DNA of 64,000 nucleotides, from the NCBI GenBank assembly GCA_035765635.1, contig DASTWZ010000039.1, positions 46,829 through 110,828 on the forward strand, in the 5' to 3' direction. Shown in pieces: positions 19,351-27,190 of this stretch; position 1 is the stretch's first letter, and each line of letters opens with the position of its first letter. Both the position numbers and the translations under genes were made by a program. The notes below the pieces were generated by a model, which made no database searches, was not told the DNA's origin, and was given only the letters and a program-made list of their open reading frames with translations. Source of the stretch: Opitutaceae bacterium. Lineage in GTDB: Bacteria; Verrucomicrobiota; Verrucomicrobiia; Opitutales; Opitutaceae.

Positions 19351-19531
19351 CCGAACAAACCTGTTTTCCCACGGAATACACGGAAAACACGGAAGAAATT
19401 CGACGTATCTGAATATCGATGGAATTCGACCCGTCTGAACGTTGGCGGAAGTGAATATTTTATTCCGTGTTTTCCGTGTATTCCGTGGAAAATCAGGAAA
19501 TTGATTTCGTGTTCTTCGTGTGATTCGTGGG
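19322..19531. repeat. nested inverted-repeat element, full copy
   Basis: Outer arms CCCACGAATCACACGAAAAACACGAA / TTCGTGTTCTTCGTGTGATTCGTGGG. Inner arms CCCACGGAATACACGGAAAACACGGAA / TTCCGTGTTTTCCGTGTATTCCGTGG. Confidence 0.9.
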
Positions 19532-19538
19532 CAAATCC

Positions 19539-20381
19539 TCAAATCCCGAGGGACTTGAGATAGGCCACGCTCTCGGGGATGTTTTTCAGCGGCGTGGGCG
19601 ACTCGTCTTCGATGAAGTACCATTTCACGCCGACTTCCTGAGCTTTCCGCAGCAAGGTTGGCCAATCGACTTGACCAGTGCCGACGGGCACGTCGTCGGT
19701 CTCGGGCGCATGGCCCGTGTAGATGCCGGTCGGAGCACCTTTCCGAATATCTTTCACGTGCATCATCTTGAAACGATCGGGATACTTCGTGAGCAGCTTG
19801 ACCGGATCCTGGCCGCCATGCGTCGCCCAGAAAACATCCATCTCGAAATTGAAAACGTCGGCCTTGGTGCCCTGGGCGATCACGTCGAAGAGTGTCGAGC
19901 CATCCGGCCGCGGTTTGAATTCGTATCCGTGCGGATGATACACGAGCTGAATGCCCGCGGCTTTGAAGGCGGCGCCCCATTTATTGAAATCCTTCACCGC
20001 CTTCTCCGCCTGCGCTTCGGTGAACGTGTCGCCCTCGTGCGGTATCCAACTTATCATGACAAACTCGACGCCGAGTTCCTTCGCCTGCTCGACGCAACCC
20101 GCGAGATCGCTGCTCAGTTTTTCGTAGCCGAATCCTGCGCTGACCATTTTCAGCCCGCGTGAGGCCAGGTCGGCCTTGGCCTGCTCGATGGTCGTGCCTT
20201 TTTGCGGCGCTCCGCCCTCGATGTACTTGAAACCAAAATCCTTTGCCTGATCGAGGGCCGCATTCATTTCTTTCTCCTTCGCGGTGACGCGCAGGCTGTA
20301 CATCTGCAGACCCAGATGATCGATCACTGACGCCGAGGCGGAGAACGCGGTGAGCGAGAGGAGGAGGATTATTTTTTTCAT
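19539..20381 (-). CDS. sugar phosphate isomerase/epimerase (xylose-isomerase-like TIM barrel), secreted
   Basis: Signal peptide MKKIILLLSLTAFSASA and family-typical layout. The upstream TTG at 20408 is an alternative start. Confidence 0.75.
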   Translation of the reverse strand: MKKIILLLSLTAFSASASVIDHLGLQMYSLRVTAKEKEMNAALDQAKDFGFKYIEGGAPQKGTTIEQAKADLASRGLKMVSAGFGYEKLSSDLAGCVEQAKELGVEFVMISWIPHEGDTFTEAQAEKAVKDFNKWGAAFKAAGIQLVYHPHGYEFKPRPDGSTLFDVIAQGTKADVFNFEMDVFWATHGGQDPVKLLTKYPDRFKMMHVKDIRKGAPTGIYTGHAPETDDVPVGTGQVDWPTLLRKAQEVGVKWYFIEDESPTPLKNIPESVAYLKSLGI

Positions 20382-20404
20382 AGGGAAAATGGGGCTGCGA
20401 AATT

Positions 20405-21925
20405 TCAAGGAGCGCGGCTGCCGGTGAGTTGGGGCAGCGTGGTCGGTCCCCAGCGAACATTGTGCTCGGTATCCATCAGCAGTTTATCGCCTTCGATCGT
20501 GAAGCGATAGGTCACGATGTACGGTGTCTCATCGAAGCAAAGCTGCACCGTGAAAATGTTCGGCGCGGTCCATGCGCCGGATGTGCCGACGCCCTGTTCC
20601 TTGCGATCGAAAAGGCGGCTGATCGATTTCTGGAAACCGGTGCGACCGCGCGTCCACGCGCCGACGCCGCAGGTGATGGCGTGCTGGCCATCTTCGTTTT
20701 GAAAAGTGATCACGGGTTTTTCCCCGGAGAAATCGAGCCGGACCGCGGACACGGACTCATCGTTCGCGGGAAATGTGTAGGTTTTCCCCGAGATTTCTTT
20801 TTCCCGCGCCGAGTGTGCCTCGCCGGGAGTCGTCGGCAGAGTGAGATGACTCAGGCGGTTTCGCAGTTTTTCCTGCGCGTCGAAATTCGGCGTTAACGGC
20901 ACGACATGGATCGCGGGCAGGAGCGCTTCCCAAATCGTGTCCATCAAGCCGCCCATGTCCGAAGTGCCGCTCGTCACGGCGACGACGGTGTCGTACTCGG
21001 GCAAGACGAAACACAGCTGGCCCATCGCTCCATCGCCGCGAAAGCCCGTAGTTTTGTTTATCCAAAACTGAAAGCCGTAACCGTGCTCCCAGTTGCTGTT
21101 AGGATCGCTGCCGTTCGAGGTTTGCAGCGACGTGGCCATCGCGACCCAGGAGACGGGGAGCAGCTGTTCGCCATTCCAGAGTCCACGCTGCAAATACATG
21201 AGGCCGAATTTCGCGATATCTTCCGTGCGCAGCGCGAGCCCGCCTTCGCCCAAGGCAATGCCCTCGCTGGTGATGGCCCAGGGATGCTGATCGATGCCGA
21301 GTGGAGTGAAGAGGCGCGGTTGAAGATAATCGTTCAACGTCTGGCCCGTGACTTTTTGAACAATCGCGGACAACACGTACGACGCGCCGGAGTTGTAGAC
21401 GAAGCGCGTGCCCGGTTTGTTTTCCACCTCGAGTGAGAGAAACGCTTTTACCCACGCGCCATCCGCGTGCGCGCGCAAGCGGTCCATCGTGTCGTTTTGG
21501 TGTCCGCTGTTCATGCGCAGCAAATCGCGCACGCGCATCGCTCGGAGATTGGCCGATGGATTGGCCGGCGCGAGGTCCGGGAAAAACGAAATCACGCGGT
21601 CATCGAGACTGAGTTTTCCTTCCTTCACCGCGAAACCGACTGCGGTCGAGGTGAAGCTCTTGGTCAGCGAATAGAGCACGTGCGTGTCTTCCGCCGCGTA
21701 GGGCGACCACCAGCCTTCGGCCACGACTTTGCCGTGGCGCACGATCATCAAGCTGTGCGCCGACTTCACGTCGTGCTCGAGAGCGTCGATCAGCTTGAGA
21801 ATACCAGTCGAGTCGATGCCTTGCTCTTCCGGAACGCCGCGGGGCAAAGACGAAGCGGCCCGGGCGGTTGGGGTAAGAGCGATGCCGGCGACGACGAGAA
21901 ACGTCACAAACTTTCGCGAGATCAT
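20405..21925 (-). CDS. serine hydrolase, class C beta-lactamase/PBP-like family
   Basis: Signal peptide and SxxK motif YSLTKSF. About 500 aa with a C-terminal extra domain. Confidence 0.8.
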   Translation of the reverse strand: MISRKFVTFLVVAGIALTPTARAASSLPRGVPEEQGIDSTGILKLIDALEHDVKSAHSLMIVRHGKVVAEGWWSPYAAEDTHVLYSLTKSFTSTAVGFAVKEGKLSLDDRVISFFPDLAPANPSANLRAMRVRDLLRMNSGHQNDTMDRLRAHADGAWVKAFLSLEVENKPGTRFVYNSGASYVLSAIVQKVTGQTLNDYLQPRLFTPLGIDQHPWAITSEGIALGEGGLALRTEDIAKFGLMYLQRGLWNGEQLLPVSWVAMATSLQTSNGSDPNSNWEHGYGFQFWINKTTGFRGDGAMGQLCFVLPEYDTVVAVTSGTSDMGGLMDTIWEALLPAIHVVPLTPNFDAQEKLRNRLSHLTLPTTPGEAHSAREKEISGKTYTFPANDESVSAVRLDFSGEKPVITFQNEDGQHAITCGVGAWTRGRTGFQKSISRLFDRKEQGVGTSGAWTAPNIFTVQLCFDETPYIVTYRFTIEGDKLLMDTEHNVRWGPTTLPQLTGSRAP

Positions 21926-21984
21926 CGCGCGAACGCTGAGGCCCCGGCGGAGCGGCGTCAGGTCAGGCCCTTTGCGCTCATTTG

Positions 21985-22440
21985 AATGAGCATATAAAAA
22001 TAAATCGCGGCCATAAAACAGCGCAGGCGCAGCGGAACCGCAAAGGCGCAGGCGTTTGGCCAGGGTGATCTTTGCGTTTTTTGCGCTGCTGTCCTGTTGA
22101 ATCGCTCAATTCCGCGAGGATTTTTTTGGTGCGAATGGATGCCGGCTTTCGAGGGTAGGGCGAGACCTCAGGGCGAGCCGCAACGCCGGATCCGCTTTTC
22201 GCTCTAATCACGAGTAGACGGTCTCCGAGGTAGGGCGAGCCGTCCCTGGCGAGCCGCGCTCGACGTGACTCAACCCGGAGGTTAGGCCATACGGTTGCGG
22301 CTCGCCTGGAGGCTTCGCCCTACCCACTGAGGCTGGCCATGCCTTCATTCACCATTCTGCATTCTTACTTCTTCCTTAGCGCGCCGCGTGCGTAATCTTT
22401 GGTTGCGGCTCCGCCGCGCTATGCCTCTTTGCGGCTACAG
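21985..22440. repeat. composite intergenic repeat cluster, inverted relative to 1591-1970
   Basis: Contains TTTCGAGGGTAGGGCGAGACCTCAGGGCGAGCCG (also at 33995-34035 and 41371-41405), the GTAGGGCGAGCCGTCCCTGGCGAGCCGC..GCGGCTCGCCTGGAGGCTTCGCCCTAC palindrome, and the reverse complement of 1591-1710. Confidence 0.85.
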
Positions 22441-22455
22441 GTTTTTTGAACCGCT

Positions 22456-23760
22456 CTACTTGGCGCTGAACGCCGGCTGCGCGGGATCAACCGCGTTCAT
22501 GCCGGTGAAGTCCACGCTGCGGCCGAGCTTGTAGCGCTTCTGAAATTTGCAGAAAAACAGAAACAGTTTGAATCGCCACCAGAGCGGCCAGGGCATCTCG
22601 GCGTGGCCTCCGACGACGGAGTTGACCGCGTCATCGAGTTTGAGCGGCGGACGTTCCGCCATGAAAATCGAAAAGCTGTCGTTGTCGTAGAACGTCGCGA
22701 TCAGTTTCTGAAAAATGCCGGCGTGCTTCTTGATCGCGGCGCCGTAGCTCTGACATTCCGCGGCGGTGAGAGGCCGATTCTTGCGATCCGCGGCGACGAG
22801 CATCTCGACGGCCTTCTTGGCCGAAAACGTCGCCATGTAGACGCCGGAGGAGAAGATCGGGTCGAAAAATCCGCCGGCGTCTCCCGCCATGATGAAGCGG
22901 TCTTTCGCGAGATCGCGGCGGAAATAGCTGTAATCGCTCGTGACGCGGAACGCCGAGGCCTCGACGGCGCCTGACATCATTTCGGTGAGCTTCGAGGACT
23001 CGTTGACCGCGCGTCGGAAAACCTCGGCCGGCTCGGCCTTCGCGGCGCGCAGGGCTTCGACCGTCGTCACCAGACCGACGGACGTGCGCCGTTCGTCGAT
23101 CGGAATCATCCAGAACCAACCATCGGCAAGACGCACGCATGAGGTGTGTCCGGCGGCCGGGCCGGTTGGGCGGATGACGTTTTCGAAATGGTTGTAGATG
23201 GCGACGCGCTTTGGGAAAGGAGAGGGGTCGAGAGCGCGCTTGGTCTCGTGGGTGAAAACATTTTCGCGGCCACTCGCGTCGATGACCCAGCGCGCAGTGA
23301 CGGAGCGTTCGCCCTCGGCATTTTTGAGCGTGAGACGATGGCCTTCGGGGTCGGATTGAACCTGTGTGACCGTCGTCGCCATGTGCACTTCGGCGCCGAG
23401 CTCGCGAGAGTGATCGAGCAGAATCTGGTCGAATTTTGCGCGCTCCACTTGGAAGGCGTATTCGAGGCCCGGAACGATGCCTTCGGCAAAAATGATTTCC
23501 TTCTCGGCGCGTCCGTTCGCGAGGAAGAAGTAGGCGCCATATTTCTTGATGAAACCCGCGCTTTCGAGCTTCGGCCAGACGCCGAGTTCCTTGTAGAGTG
23601 CGTTGCCGTTCGGCAGGAGCGATTCGCCAATATGGAAGCGCGGAAATGTTTCCTTCTCTGCGAGGCAGACCTTGAGGCCGGCTTTGCGGGCGAAGCTGGC
23701 GGCGCTGCTGCCCGCCGGACCTCCGCCAATGACGAATACATCATAATCGAATGACTTCAT
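22456..23760 (-). CDS. FAD-dependent oxidoreductase with flavin-dependent-halogenase-type motifs
   Basis: VFVIGGGPAGSSAA (GxGxxG), FIKKYGAYF (candidate Lys), DGWFWMIPI (WxWxIP), FFDPIFSSGV (FxxPxxSxG). The start is taken at MKSFDYD. Confidence 0.75.
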   Translation of the reverse strand: MKSFDYDVFVIGGGPAGSSAASFARKAGLKVCLAEKETFPRFHIGESLLPNGNALYKELGVWPKLESAGFIKKYGAYFFLANGRAEKEIIFAEGIVPGLEYAFQVERAKFDQILLDHSRELGAEVHMATTVTQVQSDPEGHRLTLKNAEGERSVTARWVIDASGRENVFTHETKRALDPSPFPKRVAIYNHFENVIRPTGPAAGHTSCVRLADGWFWMIPIDERRTSVGLVTTVEALRAAKAEPAEVFRRAVNESSKLTEMMSGAVEASAFRVTSDYSYFRRDLAKDRFIMAGDAGGFFDPIFSSGVYMATFSAKKAVEMLVAADRKNRPLTAAECQSYGAAIKKHAGIFQKLIATFYDNDSFSIFMAERPPLKLDDAVNSVVGGHAEMPWPLWWRFKLFLFFCKFQKRYKLGRSVDFTGMNAVDPAQPAFSAK

Positions 23761-23862
23761 GAGGGGTAAAAAAATGAACGACGGTGGCGCGCTTCGGCGC
23801 TTTTGGGGGGCGCCAAAGCAAACGTCTCCGTCGCTCACGGTCGATTTATTTTTGCCGCTCGG

Positions 23863-24969
23863 TCAGGGCTTGCGGCGCTTCCGGCGATAAATGCCCAGCC
23901 CCAACAGGCCGATCGCACCCATCAGCCCATAGGTGGACGGCTCAGGCACGGCGTCTGGGTCGAGGCGGAAAGCGTGCTGCGAGCCGTCCGGCGCCCAGCC
24001 TGTGCCGACGATCTGGCCGTGATCGTTTATGCCGCTGGCGGCGAAGAGGTTCCAGCCGAGTGCGGGCGAGATCAGCGTGTTGAGATCGGCGAACGTGCCG
24101 TTCGAGAAGAGGAAGGCGCCTGTCGTCATACCGCCCGCATCGTAGGTGCCGACGACATCGTTGAGATTGTTCACGTCGCCGACGCTCGAAATGCCCAGGC
24201 CGATCTTGCCGTAGTCGGCGGTGTCGAGATGCGTGTTCGTCGTCAGGAACAGATTATGGTTCGCGTAATCGTAGCCCGCGATCGTGCCATTGTCGTTGAA
24301 GTCGGACGCGTGAAATACGTTCCAATTCAGCAGATCCGTCCCCGCGTCGGAAATCGCGCCGAGCTGGTGCAGGTAAAAACTCTGGAGCGATGACGACGAG
24401 GTGAGAACTTGGTTCGCGTTGTTGAGCGCGCCATAGCCACCGAGATAGAGCGTCTCGCTGTCGAGCCCGGTGTAGACTCCGCCGGTGTAGGTGTATCCGC
24501 CGGGTGCATACAGACCGGCGCCGCCGAGGGTGATGCCCGCGTTGTTCACGCTGATGGCGTTACCGTAGCCATCGTGGTCGAACGTGCTCCCGAAGGTGGT
24601 CAGCGCGTCGGTGTTGGCGTTGTAAATGAAGCCGCGGGCCGTCGGCGAATCGGCATAGTGAAGCGTGCCCACGAAGAGGCCGTTGTCGTTGAGCGCGGTC
24701 GATTCGCTGCTGGTTGGCGAGCCGACCGACGGAATCGCGTGGAGTGCGCCGTCATAGTAGTAGGCAAACGAGTTGCCGCCGACCGAGGCGTCGACCGTGA
24801 CATCGCCGTGGAGATTGACGGCGGTGGCCGAACTGGCGGACGCGCCATCGGGAACGCCGAGATCGACGAGATGATACGAAGCAGCGTGGGCTGCGGCTGC
24901 GAGTGAGAGGGCGACGGCCGCGGCGACGAGGGCACGCGGACGGAAGACCGGCTTTTGAGTAGTTTTCAT
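23863..24969 (-). CDS. PEP-CTERM sorting-domain protein with HAF-type extracellular repeats
   Basis: Signal peptide. C-terminus VPEPSTYGLMGAIGLLGLGIYRRKRRKP. Repeats of the type GINDHGQIVG...HAFRL. Confidence 0.85.
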   Translation of the reverse strand: MKTTQKPVFRPRALVAAAVALSLAAAAHAASYHLVDLGVPDGASASSATAVNLHGDVTVDASVGGNSFAYYYDGALHAIPSVGSPTSSESTALNDNGLFVGTLHYADSPTARGFIYNANTDALTTFGSTFDHDGYGNAISVNNAGITLGGAGLYAPGGYTYTGGVYTGLDSETLYLGGYGALNNANQVLTSSSSLQSFYLHQLGAISDAGTDLLNWNVFHASDFNDNGTIAGYDYANHNLFLTTNTHLDTADYGKIGLGISSVGDVNNLNDVVGTYDAGGMTTGAFLFSNGTFADLNTLISPALGWNLFAASGINDHGQIVGTGWAPDGSQHAFRLDPDAVPEPSTYGLMGAIGLLGLGIYRRKRRKP

Positions 24970-25225
24970 ATTGATGCGTCGTGGTTTCGTCGAAGCCGGA
25001 CCAAAGCGTGGCGAAATCACCGAGTAATTTTCCCGAGCTGCCGACAAGGCGGCTAACTACTTACTCCGAATTTTGGTCCGCATGTTTCACGCCGAGCGGT
25101 TTTTCCAGATTGTTGCAGTTCGCCGGGCAGAGCCGTGAAGCCGAAATGGATTACTGTACCCCCTCAGCTAGACGAGAATCGCTTCGCGTCTTGATCGATC
25201 GGTGGCTTCGGCCACGGTCGACGCC

Positions 25226-25906
25226 ATGAAAGCCGCCGAGTTTTTCACGCTGCCCGAATCGCTCGCTGCCTTTGCGCAGGCGTTTTCGGCCGAAGCCCTG
25301 CCGTGGGAATGGTTGAAGGCGATCGGGCCGGCGTTGAAGGCGCATGTCTTCCCGACGTCGCCGATCGAACTGCCGCCGGGCATTGATGTGAGCGGGTCGG
25401 TGTTCGTTCACGCTACGGTGAAACTTCCGAGTCACGCCACGATCATTGGGCCGGCCTGGATTGGGCCGGAGACGGAGATTCGTCCGGGCGCGTACATTCG
25501 CGGCAATGTGATTGTGGGTGCGAATTGCGTGCTGGGGAATTCCTGCGAGTTCAAAAACTGCCTGTTGATGGACGGCGTGCAGGTGCCGCATTTCAGTTAC
25601 GTCGGTGATTCCATTTTAGGAAATGGCGCGCACCTCGGGGCGGGCGTGATCTTGTCGAATCTGCGCTTGGATCAGCAGCCGATCTCCGTGCGATTGGCGG
25701 AGAAAACTTACGACACGGGCCTGCGGAAATTCGGTGCGATTCTCGGAGACAAGGCCGAGGTCGGTTGCAACGCCGTGATCCAGCCCGGCTCGCTCCTCGG
25801 CAAACGCTCTCTCGTGATGCCGACGGTGGCCTTCGGCGGCCATCTCCCCGATGCCACCATCGCGCGTATCCGCACGAGCATTACAACCATGCCGCGCCGC
25901 GACTGA
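25226..25906 (+). CDS. left-handed beta-helix (hexapeptide repeat) transferase-like protein
   Basis: Hexapeptide repeats are present (IGPETEIRPGAYIRGNVIVGANCVLGNSCEFKNCLL..., GAGVILSN). An alternative start lies at 25202. Confidence 0.65.
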   Translation: MKAAEFFTLPESLAAFAQAFSAEALPWEWLKAIGPALKAHVFPTSPIELPPGIDVSGSVFVHATVKLPSHATIIGPAWIGPETEIRPGAYIRGNVIVGANCVLGNSCEFKNCLLMDGVQVPHFSYVGDSILGNGAHLGAGVILSNLRLDQQPISVRLAEKTYDTGLRKFGAILGDKAEVGCNAVIQPGSLLGKRSLVMPTVAFGGHLPDATIARIRTSITTMPRRD

Positions 25907-26050
25907 AAGGCGAAGGCTGAAGGGAGAAAGCTGAAGGCTGAAAAAACAAAGTGAGCCTTGCACGGACTGGGAGTTCTTTCGGCGCACGCTCTAAGATCAG
26001 CCTTTCTGCTTCTGTTTCGGTCTTCAGCTTTCAGCCTTCAGCCTTCGCCT
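25905..26050. repeat. inverted pair of GAAGGCT/AGCCTTC heptamer arrays around a ~75-nt spacer
   Basis: Left arm AAGGCGAAGGCTGAAGGGAGAAAGCTGAAGGCTGAA. Right arm TTCAGCTTTCAGCCTTCAGCCTTCGCCTT. Confidence 0.85.
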
Positions 26051-26112
26051 TAAAAAAGGGCTTACCACATGGCTGGTTCTCTTTAAGTTCTGCCGTTTAC
26101 TCCAATTTCATC

Positions 26113-27078
26113 ATGCGAATTCTGACTGGTATCCAGCCCTCGGGCACACTGCACATCGGCAACTATTTTGGCGCCATCAAGCCGGCGGTGGAACTGCAGC
26201 AACGGGGCGAGGCGTTCTATTTCATCGCGGATTATCACTCGATGACGTCGCTGAACGACGCCGCCGAGCGGAGGAAGAACACGTTGGACGTCGCGCTCGA
26301 TTTCCTGGCCTGCGGCCTCGATCCGAAGAAGAGCGTTTTCTGGAGGCAGAGCGATTTGTCCGAAGTGTGCGAACTGATGTGGATCCTCGGGGCCTTGACC
26401 CCGATGGGACTTCTCGAACGTGCGCACAGTTACAAGGACAAGACCGCCAAAGGCATCTCGCCGAATTTCGGACTCTTCGCCTATCCAGTGCTGATGGCCG
26501 CGGACATTTTGTTGTACAACGCGAACCTCGTGCCCGTCGGCAAGGACCAGAAACAGCATCTGGAAATGACGCGGGATATCGCGATCAAGTTCAACCAGAC
26601 GTACGGCGAAACGTTCGTCATTCCCGATCCGGAAATTCGCGAAGAAGTCGCCGTGGTGCCGGGTCTGGACGGGCAAAAGATGAGCAAGAGTTACGGCAAC
26701 ACGATCGACATCTTCGGCGACGAAAAAGCCACGAGGAAGAAAATCATGGGCATCGTGATGGACAGCCGCACGCCTGCCGAGCCGAAGCCCGATGCGGATA
26801 AAAATATCGCGGTGCAACTGCTGCGCCTCGTCGCTCCGGCCGAGGTCGCAAAAGATTACGAGGACCGCCTGCGCGCCGGAGGTCTCGGCTATGGCGATTT
26901 GAAAAAAGCGCTGTTCGAAAACTACTGGAATTATTTCGCCGAAGCCCGCCGCAAGCGCGCCGAGCTCGCCGCGAATCTCGATTACGTGAATCAAGTCCTG
27001 GCCGAAGGCGCCCAACGCGCCCGAGCCGAAGCCACGAAAGTGCTGAAGAGCGCCCGCAAAGCCTGCGGACTAGAATAA
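26113..27078 (+). CDS. trpS: tryptophan--tRNA ligase
   Basis: MRILTGIQPSGTLHIGNYFGAI (HIGH-type motif) and KMSKSYGN (KMSKS). The ORF part upstream of 26113 runs through the heptamer repeat. Confidence 0.95.
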   Translation: MRILTGIQPSGTLHIGNYFGAIKPAVELQQRGEAFYFIADYHSMTSLNDAAERRKNTLDVALDFLACGLDPKKSVFWRQSDLSEVCELMWILGALTPMGLLERAHSYKDKTAKGISPNFGLFAYPVLMAADILLYNANLVPVGKDQKQHLEMTRDIAIKFNQTYGETFVIPDPEIREEVAVVPGLDGQKMSKSYGNTIDIFGDEKATRKKIMGIVMDSRTPAEPKPDADKNIAVQLLRLVAPAEVAKDYEDRLRAGGLGYGDLKKALFENYWNYFAEARRKRAELAANLDYVNQVLAEGAQRARAEATKVLKSARKACGLE

Positions 27079-27190
27079 CGAAGGCTGAAGAAAACCGAAG
27101 GCTGAAGGAAAAATGACGTAACCGCGTTTCGGCGCGTGATATTGGCATCGTTTTCAGCCTTCAGCCTTCCTCCTTCAGCCTTCGCCTTCC
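27079..27190. repeat. inverted pair of GAAGGCT/AGCCTTC heptamer arrays between convergent trpS and the sensor kinase
   Basis: CGAAGGCTGAAGAAAACCGAAGGCTGAAGG ... TTCAGCCTTCAGCCTTCCTCCTTCAGCCTTCGCCTTCC. The right arm encodes the kinase C-terminus. Confidence 0.85.

Noticed and set aside
1591-22440. Inverted, ~90% identical composite repeat clusters at 1591-1970 and 21985-22440 that bracket about 20 kb, considered as a possible composite transposon or genomic island.
   Set aside because: There are no transposase, integrase or tRNA genes at either boundary. The same repeat units occur at many other loci in the window, so the inverted arrangement is likely coincidental. The enclosed genes are ordinary and compositionally similar to the rest of the window.
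25202-25225. Upstream ATG at 25202 for the LbH protein, and the upstream starts at 29350 (sensor kinase) and 23838 (halogenase-like).
   Set aside because: The conserved domains begin at the internal Met (MKAAEF, MHILVADD, MKSFDYDVFVIGGG), and the extra residues have no family counterpart. They are kept only as alternative starts because I cannot score ribosome-binding sites reliably in this lineage.
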